Positions 29,097 to 38,202 of a DNA stretch of 64,000 nucleotides are shown here, piece by piece. Both the position numbers and the translations under genes were made by a program. The notes beneath the pieces are model-generated. The model was not told where the DNA came from. It saw only the letters and a program-made list of their open reading frames with translations, and made no database searches. Positions within the stretch are counted from its first letter, which is position 1; every line of letters begins with the position of its first letter. The DNA lies in IMG/VR virus record IMGVR_UViG_3300042534_000747, one strand, 5' to 3'. Source of the stretch: a virus.

Positions 29097-30111
29097 ATAG
29101 TCCGTATTCTTCCATCTTTTTTCTACTCACAGGTTTAATATTTTCTTTTGCATAAATTGAACTAATATGATAATCACTTATCATTTCATCCCAATCAAAC
29201 CAATTTAATGCACTAAAGTATAGCAATACTCTTTTTTTTGATATTCCTTGTACTTTGAGTTGGATTACAGCAGCTAATCTGACAAAATCAGGTGGATTTG
29301 AGGTTACTAACAGTTTATAAATACATGGTCTTTTGATTAACTTTTTTAACCAGTACACATGTACACTTCTGCTAGAAAGTTCACCTTCTTCATAGTCATG
29401 TTTATTGAAATTATATACAGATTTGAAATTGTCCATATCAATGTCAACATCATTATATTCATCAAGTGTTGATGTTGGTTCATCGAAATTATATCTAATA
29501 TTATAATTTGGTTTTTTTATTAAATCCATAACTTCTTTAATATCCATATCAAGATATCTTTCAGGGTCTAATGGTATGCACCATTTTCCAATACTAATTC
29601 GTGATGAATTGATTCTTCTTGTGTTTGGAATTCTACATAATCTTCTTACATCTCCAATTACTCTTGGGTCTGCATAAGGTATGTATTTCCCATCATCTTT
29701 ATCAATTTTGTAAGTTTCAGTTTCAAGAATTACATGATATGAATATTTTTTCAATAATATTGCTGCTTCATCGTAAACTTTTGGTTTGAATAAAGGGTAG
29801 ATATGAGAACCCCTTACACCTGACCATGTAGGCACAGTTGGTTGATTCAATGTTTCAGTACAATATTCAAATTTTTTCTGTCCTGCTTTTAATGTTTCTT
29901 CCAATGTTCCATAGTCAAGGTCAAAGAATGCTTTATCTATAATAGGTTTTTTATTTATGTCAAATGAAAATAAAGATGTGAAACATTCATTAAATCCATT
30001 GTTTATATCAATATAATATTTAAACTCATTAAATGAATTTACTATTGACTGCAATGGATTCCCTACGTATCGAGGGAATTTATCAAATAACAAATGTAAT
30101 ACATCTTGCAT
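29059..30111 (-). CDS. priS: Archaeo-eukaryotic primase (PriS) fused to a PriL-CTD-like domain
   Basis: FFDLD, SGVRGSHIY, D..RRLCRIPNT; C-terminal RPCI..VRLAA..YHISSI..GLCENC. Confidence 0.85.
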   Translation of the reverse strand: MQDVLHLLFDKFPRYVGNPLQSIVNSFNEFKYYIDINNGFNECFTSLFSFDINKKPIIDKAFFDLDYGTLEETLKAGQKKFEYCTETLNQPTVPTWSGVRGSHIYPLFKPKVYDEAAILLKKYSYHVILETETYKIDKDDGKYIPYADPRVIGDVRRLCRIPNTRRINSSRISIGKWCIPLDPERYLDMDIKEVMDLIKKPNYNIRYNFDEPTSTLDEYNDVDIDMDNFKSVYNFNKHDYEEGELSSRSVHVYWLKKLIKRPCIYKLLVTSNPPDFVRLAAVIQLKVQGISKKRVLLYFSALNWFDWDEMISDYHISSIYAKENIKPVSRKKMEEYGLCENCNICSNYYR

Positions 30112-30125
30112 TAGTACACCTGAGA

Positions 30126-31100
30126 TTAATCTTCAATATCATCTCTAGGTGCAATCAAGTAACCTATTTTGCCAACTTTTTTACCCTTTACATTGGAAAT
30201 ATCTGTTGTAATCCATATAGGGTAATTATTTTCAACAAAATAAATTGTTACCAATGAATCATTAGGTAATGCTTTGAATAGATGTTTGAATCGTTGACCT
30301 ATTTTCACTGATATATCTGATTGAGCAGGATTAATGTCTACTACTGATATAGATTCTACAAAAGAACCTGTTTTAGTAGGGTCATTTATATCACCAATAA
30401 TACACTTTAATCCATTTGTACTAAGTGTAAGTGGATAATATTCCTTATCGAAGTCAGAAAGTTTTGTAATCATTCTTTGAATTTCTGAAACCCTAACTGT
30501 AGCATAATTCTCTTTGTAAAGTTTTTCTCCTAAAGTAATGTTGAATGTTTCCATTGAAATTTTAAATGGTAATTGTGATAAATCACCAATGTAACTTTCC
30601 ACTAATTCAGGAGCAGGAGCATTGTCACTCATCTTATTATCATTACTATTGAAATACATCATTACATTAGAGACTGTGTTATATACAATACTACATTCTT
30701 CTTCAGTTCTAAGCCATTTCAATCTTCTATTAATAACTTTTTCTGAATCAATAGGCATTAATCCAGTTCCCCAAATTTCAGAAAAATATTTTGGAGAAAT
30801 ATACATTATAGTTGAAAGATTTGTAAGTGGACAAATTAAATTAGTATATACACCATCTTTTCTAATATTAAGAACAAATTTTGGATATACGAAATCTTTA
30901 GCTCCAATTTTTAAAGCTAGTAAGTCAAACAAATGGTTCAAATCACTAGGTGATGCATTGATACCAATTGATGTACTAGTTTCATTATTTGTAAATGGGT
31001 CTGCAACTTCATCTTTATGTGAATTAATATTTACACTTCCACATTCACATTTTTCAAATATTTCAGAATCTTCATGTCCACAATCATTACAATAATACAT
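30126..31100 (-). CDS. pcn: PCNA-like sliding clamp with N-terminal Zn ribbon
   Basis: N-terminal CNDC...CEC; about 260-aa clamp-sized body ending GYLIAPR (PCNA-type end); lies next to primase and RFC. Confidence 0.65.
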   Translation of the reverse strand: MYYCNDCGHEDSEIFEKCECGSVNINSHKDEVADPFTNNETSTSIGINASPSDLNHLFDLLALKIGAKDFVYPKFVLNIRKDGVYTNLICPLTNLSTIMYISPKYFSEIWGTGLMPIDSEKVINRRLKWLRTEEECSIVYNTVSNVMMYFNSNDNKMSDNAPAPELVESYIGDLSQLPFKISMETFNITLGEKLYKENYATVRVSEIQRMITKLSDFDKEYYPLTLSTNGLKCIIGDINDPTKTGSFVESISVVDINPAQSDISVKIGQRFKHLFKALPNDSLVTIYFVENNYPIWITTDISNVKGKKVGKIGYLIAPRDDIED

Positions 31101-31112
31101 TTTTAAAACTCC

Positions 31113-32219
31113 TTAATCATTAACTCCGAAAAACCCAAAACCACCTTTTTCAGCAGGTTTTTTCTCTTCAACAGGTTCTTCCACTGTTTCTTCTTCCACT
31201 ATTTCTTCAATAGGTTCAGATTCTTCAACAATTTCTTCTACTGTTTCTTCTTCTACTGTTTCTTCAATAGATTCTGATTCAGGTTCTTCAATTAGTTTAG
31301 ATTCAACTTTTTTAACAGATTTAGATTCATTACGTAAATTTTCAAGTTTTGCCTTTTCATCATCAAGGTCTTTCTTAGTGCGTATGTTTGATTTCTTTCT
31401 AACTTTATCAAGTTCAAACATTAATTTATCATAAGTCATTTTCTGTTTTTCATTAAGATTTAGTGATAGTCCTAAACTATTTTTTTCAATATCACAATGA
31501 GGAACACCATTAATATTATACATGAAAAGAACTACATCTACCATGTAAGTATTTTTCTTCTGTCCTTCAGGCTTTAATCCTGTGATTTTGAACCTATCCT
31601 CTTTATCATATACTGATTTTGCAGTACATGTGAAACAACAATTGAATCTACTAGTAGTGATACTTTCACGTACACTGTTATGCATTTCATTAAGGGTTTT
31701 GTAATCATTCATAGGGTCAAGATGAACCTCTGTGCGTACTGCATCAGCACCAAACTTTTCATCTATGTATGCTTCATGTACAGCATCCCATGCTTGTGAC
31801 ATTGAATCAATTACAATTGTTCCAACTTCACCTTCTTTAATGAGATTTCCATCATCATCAAACTCACATGTATTTTGATAGTGTTTTTCAAGCATTCTAA
31901 GGGATGCATTTACTAAACGTTCAAGCTGACTAAATGTAGTCCATTTTGCAATCTTGATGTTCTTTGCATATCCCTCTTCATTACTAAATTTACCAATGAT
32001 TATACCTGCTCTATCCTCTGAATCTAAAATAAATACAGGTTCAGGCATAGTACATGCAAAGTGTGTTTTTCCAGTGTGAGTAGAACCATAGACAAGGATT
32101 CTACTTTTAATTGGTCTTTTTACAATATCTTCAATCGTTTGAAACAAAGCTTCATCTTCATCAAATTCTTTCTGTTTCAGTGGATTTTTTATTTTACCAT
32201 TTGCAATATTTCCAGACAT
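31113..32219 (-). CDS. RecA-fold/AAA_24 ATPase (Sak4-like) with acidic low-complexity tail
   Basis: VYGSTHTGKT, ILDSE, TIVIDS; EEPESESIEETVEEE tail. Confidence 0.75.
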   Translation of the reverse strand: MSGNIANGKIKNPLKQKEFDEDEALFQTIEDIVKRPIKSRILVYGSTHTGKTHFACTMPEPVFILDSEDRAGIIIGKFSNEEGYAKNIKIAKWTTFSQLERLVNASLRMLEKHYQNTCEFDDDGNLIKEGEVGTIVIDSMSQAWDAVHEAYIDEKFGADAVRTEVHLDPMNDYKTLNEMHNSVRESITTSRFNCCFTCTAKSVYDKEDRFKITGLKPEGQKKNTYMVDVVLFMYNINGVPHCDIEKNSLGLSLNLNEKQKMTYDKLMFELDKVRKKSNIRTKKDLDDEKAKLENLRNESKSVKKVESKLIEEPESESIEETVEEETVEEIVEESEPIEEIVEEETVEEPVEEKKPAEKGGFGFFGVND

Positions 32220-32250
32220 GATTTCTCCTTAAAAATTAAAAAAAGAAAAA

Positions 32251-33309
32251 TCATTCACTGAATTTGAATGACTTTATTTCTTCAGATTCTCCAACTGTTT
32301 CCTGATATCTCTGTGATTTAATGGATTCCTTTAAAGCATCCATTGAGAATCTTTTTACAGTAGGGATAATAAGGCAAGCTGTCATTTGGAAAATATTCTT
32401 ATTAGGCAAAAAGACGTTAGTTCCAAAGAAATATACCTGACTTTTCTTTCCACAATCAAATTTCTTTGCTAAATCAGGTGGACACCAAATAGTATAAGTA
32501 TCATTTTCTTGTTCAGAAATTGACCTGTCTGTAACAGTATAAACCGCCCATTCACGACCTGTATTTTGGTCAACACCTTCTGAATAATTGACAACTGTTC
32601 CCTTAATACACTTCAAATCTGTAGGATTTACGAATGAACGTTTTCCATCAGGTGCAGGTGTCATTTTTGACCTGTTCTTATCAATTTTATTAAGGTCAAT
32701 AACTGGATATTGAGCAGTTACATTCTTTTGCTTCTTTTTCATATCATTTGGAATACCTGTGATTTCACATGGCTTAAATTCAGTTGATTCCTGAATTGTG
32801 AATCTCATTTCAGGCTTTCCTTCTTCATCCTCATAATAAGCAAGTAGGCAACTATATGTTTCAAGAACTTCAACATTCTTCAGTTTGATGAGCTTTTCAT
32901 CATAAGCACGTATCATTCCCTTAATAGGTGCATCTGAATCTGATTCAGGGTCTTTTACCAATGCAAAAATATCTCTGTAATGACTTCCCTTTGAAGTTAC
33001 ATTTGCAGGATACATACCCATAACAAGAATTTCAAACAGGCGTTTAGGCATCTTTGCTTCCTGTTTAACAGAAACAATTACATCATCCTTCACCATGTCT
33101 ATAAATTCATCAGGTTCTACACCATCTTCTACAGAATCATCATCCGTAACTACAATGCCTAGTCCTTCAACTAAATCTGTAATATTTTTGTTAATGAAAT
33201 TAAAAATAATTTCTTCATCCATTTCATTATCAGATGCTATTTCTTTTCCCCATGTTCTGAGTTCTTCATATACATCTTCTGGAATTCCGCTTGGTATTTC
33301 AATTGACAT
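32251..33309 (-). CDS. Probable OB-fold ssDNA-binding (RPA-like) protein
   Basis: First gene of the replication operon; acidic N-terminus; two beta-rich segments (IKGTVVNY..WAVYTVTD..YTIW..YFFG..FQMTA). Confidence 0.5.
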   Translation of the reverse strand: MSIEIPSGIPEDVYEELRTWGKEIASDNEMDEEIIFNFINKNITDLVEGLGIVVTDDDSVEDGVEPDEFIDMVKDDVIVSVKQEAKMPKRLFEILVMGMYPANVTSKGSHYRDIFALVKDPESDSDAPIKGMIRAYDEKLIKLKNVEVLETYSCLLAYYEDEEGKPEMRFTIQESTEFKPCEITGIPNDMKKKQKNVTAQYPVIDLNKIDKNRSKMTPAPDGKRSFVNPTDLKCIKGTVVNYSEGVDQNTGREWAVYTVTDRSISEQENDTYTIWCPPDLAKKFDCGKKSQVYFFGTNVFLPNKNIFQMTACLIIPTVKRFSMDALKESIKSQRYQETVGESEEIKSFKFSE

Positions 33310-33504
33310 TTTATTTCACCTATTTAACATACTACATAATTTTGCATGTTCTGTTTGATTTTTTAGATAGAATTCTCTATTTGTTGACAATTCCATTTAA
33401 GATTGTAAAAAAATACAGAATGTTTAGTTAAAACAACTGTGCTAATTATACAACCGTTGTTCTGTGTTAGAACAATACTATCAATGTACGTTTTAATATA
33501 TAAA
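33310..33504 (-). promoter_or_regulatory. Promoter and long structured 5' leader of the replication operon
   Basis: TATA 33497-33504, 18-nt spacer, GTATTGT at 33478; 7-bp hairpin TTGTTCT/AGAACAA; T7 tract 33407-33413; no other clear TATA before the ATG at 33309. Confidence 0.5.
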
Positions 33505-33564
33505 CGTATGCCAAGAAAGGAACATACTTACTTAAAATATTTAAAAAGTAAGGAAAAAAAGTAA

Positions 33565-33906
33565 TTATTTCTTCAATTCAAGTGGTTCAGTCGTTAGTAA
33601 ATAATTATATAATTCAGGATTTAATTCTTTAATGATATCCATTCTTCTCTTTTTTTGTACTGGATATGGTATTGTATTCAATTCTTCTAATTTACTATTA
33701 TAGAATGAATCAGTTTCATTATTAATATTAGTAACAACTTTCAAACATACATCAGGGCAATAATTTTTAAATTTACATGCATGACAACATGTAAAATCTT
33801 CAGTTGCATAACATTCTGAAGCGTTTTTATCAGTGCATAAAATATTATTTGCATCACATATTACTTTTTCATCTTTATTTGGTTTATAAAAATTAAACAA
33901 TGACAT
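33565..33906 (-). CDS. Cys-rich hypothetical protein
   Basis: 8 Cys in about 40 aa; N-terminus MSLFNFY. Confidence 0.65.
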   Translation of the reverse strand: MSLFNFYKPNKDEKVICDANNILCTDKNASECYATEDFTCCHACKFKNYCPDVCLKVVTNINNETDSFYNSKLEELNTIPYPVQKKRRMDIIKELNPELYNYLLTTEPLELKK

Positions 33907-34226
33907 TATAATCCATCCTTAAATATTAATTCTTTAAAAGGTTTAATTTTATTATTTGTTCTTATTTCAAGTGCATTATTGATTTCATGTTCAGAAGCAA
34001 TTCTATCAATGTGAAATGATTGAATTTTACATTTTTCACCATCCGATAAAAATTCACCAAATATAGATGCATTTTTTATAAAATGTTCCTGATTTGAAAA
34101 ACTGCCTTCTCCACCACTACAAAAAAATATACGTGTTAATGGATTTTTACCATTATAGTATTCTGATAATAATAACACATATTTGCCTTTATAATCCATG
34201 ATATCAAGGTAATATCTATACTTCAT
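33906..34226 (-). CDS. Hypothetical protein
   Basis: Stop/start overlap with the next gene; upstream TATA. Confidence 0.6.
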   Translation of the reverse strand: MKYRYYLDIMDYKGKYVLLLSEYYNGKNPLTRIFFCSGGEGSFSNQEHFIKNASIFGEFLSDGEKCKIQSFHIDRIASEHEINNALEIRTNNKIKPFKELIFKDGL

Positions 34227-34420
34227 TATATAAAAATGTTTCTACTAATTGATTATCAAGTTTATTTTTTTACAATGAAATGGTTATATTTACTGGTATT
34301 TAACTATGATGTTGTAAATAAATAAAATTGCATAAATAAAACAATATCTTTAAATATAAAGACTGTATAGTACAGGTGATATTATAATAATATCATAATG
34401 ATAAAAAGGGATGAATGTAA

Positions 34421-34972
34421 ATGAATAATATATGGAATACAGATAAATTAATTTTTAATGAAAGAACGGCACTTGTATTTAAACATCCTTATCATATGAG
34501 ATGTAAAAAGATATTTTTAGTAATTGATTGGTGTAATAAAGTAATAAGTACTGATGTAGAAAAATGTTTAACCCCTTATGAAAAAACTCTTTTTGTAAAA
34601 CCTGAAGATAATAAACATATTACAAGACATTCAATTATGAGCAATGTAAATGCTTTGACATTGAAGAGTATTGTTGATGAGAACATTGAATATTTCAATG
34701 AAGTATTTGATTATGGTAATCCTGAAACACATTATATGGAATATGCTGAAATGCTCATGGAAGGCATATATAGAGCCAATTTAAACGGTACTGACGGACT
34801 TTATTATTGTGATGAATGGTTTGGTAGCAAAAATATAATTGTTGATAAAAATATATATGGTAAAAAGTTTGATACTTTTATAACTAATAATGCAATTATT
34901 GCTAAAACCAATGGTGTTGTTTTTGTAGATGATATTTTTACTTATTTTATGGGATTAAGAGATAAATCTTAA
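34421..34972 (+). CDS. Hypothetical protein
   Basis: 183-aa ORF, first of the plus-strand array. Confidence 0.65.
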   Translation: MNNIWNTDKLIFNERTALVFKHPYHMRCKKIFLVIDWCNKVISTDVEKCLTPYEKTLFVKPEDNKHITRHSIMSNVNALTLKSIVDENIEYFNEVFDYGNPETHYMEYAEMLMEGIYRANLNGTDGLYYCDEWFGSKNIIVDKNIYGKKFDTFITNNAIIAKTNGVVFVDDIFTYFMGLRDKS

Positions 34973-35090
34973 TCTCATTTGTACTATTTTTACAAACCTT
35001 TATGTAGTATGAGGGTTATACTATGAACTGCAAGTTTGGTATACTTGTTGACATTAATAAAGTTTGCAAGATTAGTTACTTTACAAAAAA

Positions 35091-35330
35091 TTGAAGGTAT
35101 TAATTATGGTATATGAAAAAAATATAGGAGATTATGAATATAAGAATGGTATAAAAATGATAAGTTCATTAGGTACTCAGACAATTCAAATTAATGAAAA
35201 TTTAAAAGATTATACTATTGAAGAAATTGCAGATGCAATTGTGGAAAAATATGGTATTGAAAAAGGAATTTTGAAAATATTGAATGTTGAATTTACATAT
35301 GTAAAAGAATCAAAAAATCAAGAGGTATGA
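35091..35330 (+). CDS. Hypothetical protein
   Basis: 79-aa ORF. Confidence 0.5.
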   Translation: MKVLIMVYEKNIGDYEYKNGIKMISSLGTQTIQINENLKDYTIEEIADAIVEKYGIEKGILKILNVEFTYVKESKNQEV

Positions 35331-35337
35331 TTGAAAG

Positions 35338-35513
35338 ATGATAAATGATATTGAATCAAAAAATATGATAATGATAGGTATTTGGATAATAAGTTTAGAG
35401 GGATTGTTATACAAATTAATAGAAATTATTCACATCCAACAACATGTGTTGTAAAGTATTCTGATGGTAATCAAGGCAATACATGGACTGATAAAATTGC
35501 AAAAATCGATTAA
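35338..35513 (+). pseudogene. Small ORF split by a -1 shift at an A6 run
   Basis: MINDIES frame joins KKYDNDRYLDNKF...KIAKID* only by slipping at A-AAA-AAT (35358-35364). Confidence 0.3.
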
Positions 35514-35582
35514 ATATTATTTTTTTCTTTTTTACATAACATTTATATAATATAAGTGCCATTGTATGACTTGCAATTTTAG

Positions 35583-36185
35583 GTGAGACATATGATGAAG
35601 AGTGTTAACTATGCAATTTGGGTTATGATTGGATTTTTATATCTGGTTTTAACTGCAAATGTTGCAGTAAGTGGAACAATTGATTATAATCAAAGTTATG
35701 ATTATTTTGTAAATTATGAGCATAGTGTTTTAAAAATAAATGAATCTGATTACATGGGATTTGCAGGGGATTCATGTAAATATATGTATAATAATCCTGA
35801 AGCTGTTGATGTAAGTTATGATGAATTAATTAATTTTGTTGAAAATGATAAAACTGATAATTTATTATATGTTAATAATTTATTCAAATGTTTAGATTTT
35901 GCTACAGTACTTCATAATAATGCTGAAGAAAAAGGAATTAGAACAGGGATAGTTTTAATTAAATGGGAAAATAAATCAATAGGACATGCAATTAATTGTT
36001 TTAATACTACTGATAAAGGAATGATTTACATTGATAGTGTAGGCAGTAGTGAATATCAAAAAGATGTACAATATGATTCAATAAGTTGTTTTAGTGGTGG
36101 AAATTATATAGAAACTAATTTAAAAACAAATAAGGAGTGTATTAATCGAATGGGGAAATATCAATGGAAGAAAGAATATTGGTAA
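35583..36185 (+). CDS. Secreted papain/transglutaminase-fold Cys protease-like protein (paralogue 1)
   Basis: N-terminal TM; FKCLDFA, GHAIN, YID triad; paralogue of 53545-54156. Confidence 0.7.
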   Translation: MRHMMKSVNYAIWVMIGFLYLVLTANVAVSGTIDYNQSYDYFVNYEHSVLKINESDYMGFAGDSCKYMYNNPEAVDVSYDELINFVENDKTDNLLYVNNLFKCLDFATVLHNNAEEKGIRTGIVLIKWENKSIGHAINCFNTTDKGMIYIDSVGSSEYQKDVQYDSISCFSGGNYIETNLKTNKECINRMGKYQWKKEYW

Positions 36186-36239
36186 TTTAGCAAATGATTA
36201 TATATCATTAGTGTATGATATTTACATGTAGGTGGAAAA

Positions 36240-36704
36240 ATGCATCTTGATAAAATTCATGATAATTGGGAAAATATATGTATGATAAGTGAAGATATTA
36301 GAGAAGAATTTATAAAGTATTTGGAAAATTTACCAGATGAATTTGATGATTATATAATAAAATTGATTGATGATACTGCATTTAAAAATGAATATTTTTC
36401 AAAAAATAGATATAAAATTTCAAAAAGTGCATTAGTATTAGGTGAAAAAATATATGATGAAATGGGTAGATATGTATTTCCATTTATTGAAAAAATAAAC
36501 ACAAAAGGTTATTCAGGTTGTGGCACTTGGAGTTGGTCAATGTGGGATTTAAAAACACAGTTTTCAATTGGTAGTAGTGATTCTGTTAATGATTGTAAAT
36601 TAAAAAAACATGGTTTGGATTTTGTAACACCATTATATGATTCTGAATATGTTGATGGTGAAATCAGTGTATTTTTAAAAATTCCTGAAAAATTTATTAA
36701 ATAA
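36240..36704 (+). CDS. Hypothetical protein
   Basis: Behind a variant promoter unit ending GTAGGTG. Confidence 0.65.
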   Translation: MHLDKIHDNWENICMISEDIREEFIKYLENLPDEFDDYIIKLIDDTAFKNEYFSKNRYKISKSALVLGEKIYDEMGRYVFPFIEKINTKGYSGCGTWSWSMWDLKTQFSIGSSDSVNDCKLKKHGLDFVTPLYDSEYVDGEISVFLKIPEKFIK

Positions 36705-36722
36705 TTCTTTTTTTAGCAAACA

Positions 36723-36760
36723 TTTATATATGATTAGTGCATTGTATGGTATTGTAGGTG
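36723..36760 (+). promoter_or_regulatory. Repeated promoter/RBS unit
   Basis: oligo-T, AGCAAACA-TTTATATA-N18-GTATTGTAGGTG. Confidence 0.75.
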
Positions 36761-37087
36761 AATATTATGGCAATTACAAATTATGAATATGAAGTTGTAA
36801 AGATTCCAACAATGTTACTTATTGGTAAAGAAACAGAAAAGGGTATTCAGTATGAAGATGAAATTGAAGGATTTAATGTGAATCTTGTAAGATATGAAAT
36901 TCATGATGATGGTGATAGAGTAATTGATTCTAGTGGTAGTATTACTCTGACTGGTCTTACAAAGGATGAAGAAGGTCAATTTGAAATGATTAAAAATATG
37001 ATTATAAATACATGTTGTATGTTTGGACAGCATGTTACAGATATAAGCAGGTTTGATTTTCATAAGATGTTTAGGAAAGATAACTAA
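36758..37087 (+). CDS. Hypothetical acidic protein
   Basis: Behind a promoter unit; true start likely the ATG after the RBS. Confidence 0.65.
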   Translation: MNIMAITNYEYEVVKIPTMLLIGKETEKGIQYEDEIEGFNVNLVRYEIHDDGDRVIDSSGSITLTGLTKDEEGQFEMIKNMIINTCCMFGQHVTDISRFDFHKMFRKDN

Positions 37088-37281
37088 TGTATGGAAAAGC
37101 AATAGATATGTTGTTTGATAAGGATTTTGAAATTAAAGAATTACTTGAATCTTTGATTGATGAAGTTAAAGATTCTAAAAATCCTTCTGAAAAGACATTA
37201 TGTGTTTTGGAAAAACATATGGAAAAAAATTCATTTGTAGCAGAATATTTGATTGAATATTATAAAAAGAATTCAAGATAA
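37087..37281 (+). CDS. Hypothetical protein
   Basis: TAATG coupling. Confidence 0.6.
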   Translation: MYGKAIDMLFDKDFEIKELLESLIDEVKDSKNPSEKTLCVLEKHMEKNSFVAEYLIEYYKKNSR

Positions 37282-37293
37282 GGAGTGGAGTAG

Positions 37294-37482
37294 ATGGAAA
37301 ATACAATGCCTGAAAATGAGCATGAAATGATGCTTATCATTAAAAAAGAGCTTGAAATGAATGGTGATATTGAAGATATTCTGGTTGACGATGGTGTAAA
37401 ATATCCAACTGGATTTTCAATAACTTTCAAAAATGGAAAAACATTCTATATTCATCCAGAAGAACTTGATTATGAGGTATGA
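37294..37482 (+). CDS. Small acidic hypothetical protein
   Basis: GGAG RBS. Confidence 0.6.
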   Translation: MENTMPENEHEMMLIIKKELEMNGDIEDILVDDGVKYPTGFSITFKNGKTFYIHPEELDYEV

Positions 37483-37703
37483 AAATGACTGAACATGTAG
37501 TATGGGAAATTATAAAAAAAGATGTATATACTGAAGAAGGTGTAAAGAAAATTGAAGATGTTTATGATGAACTCTATGAGATTTTCTATAAACCTTTGAA
37601 TCATACACCTAGAGAGAATGTACAGAATTATTTGGCATCGTTTAGTGAATTTTATAGTGAAGTATATTCTATCATGAGATATTTTTCAATGCAGAATGAT
37701 TGA
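37479..37703 (+). CDS. Small hypothetical protein
   Basis: ATGA coupling, GAGGT RBS. Confidence 0.6.
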   Translation: MKMTEHVVWEIIKKDVYTEEGVKKIEDVYDELYEIFYKPLNHTPRENVQNYLASFSEFYSEVYSIMRYFSMQND

Positions 37704-37730
37704 ACTATATTTTTTAAAAATGTGATTTAA

Positions 37731-38198
37731 ATGAAAAATAATGATTATATTTTTGAAGAAAGTGAAAGATTGTCCGAATGGTTAAAAGATAATCCAAATG
37801 CATATTCAAAAAAAATTATATCTGAAATGAAATCACTTGTTTCAGCTCTTGATGAATATTTTTTTGAAAATGCATATATTACAAATTCACTGAATATAGC
37901 ATTTGAATCAGAAAAAGCAGATGTATGTCATGTTTGCCATACAAAAAAAGACCTTATAAAGACATTAAGTGCAAAAATTTATTATTCAAGTGATAGATGG
38001 AATTATGCAAGATTACATCATGTAAAAATGATTGTTGCAAAAATTGCAGAACTTGATGGATTTTCAGATAGATTAATGAATAATGAAATTAGAAATATTC
38101 GTACAATTGAAGCTAAAAGGCGATATATAAGAATTGATGGTGAAAAATATAAAATAAGAACTGATTATAGAAGAATACAAAAAATGACAAGAGGTTAA
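37731..38198 (+). CDS. Hypothetical protein
   Basis: 155-aa co-oriented ORF. Confidence 0.6.
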   Translation: MKNNDYIFEESERLSEWLKDNPNAYSKKIISEMKSLVSALDEYFFENAYITNSLNIAFESEKADVCHVCHTKKDLIKTLSAKIYYSSDRWNYARLHHVKMIVAKIAELDGFSDRLMNNEIRNIRTIEAKRRYIRIDGEKYKIRTDYRRIQKMTRG

Positions 38199-38202
38199 AA
38201 AT

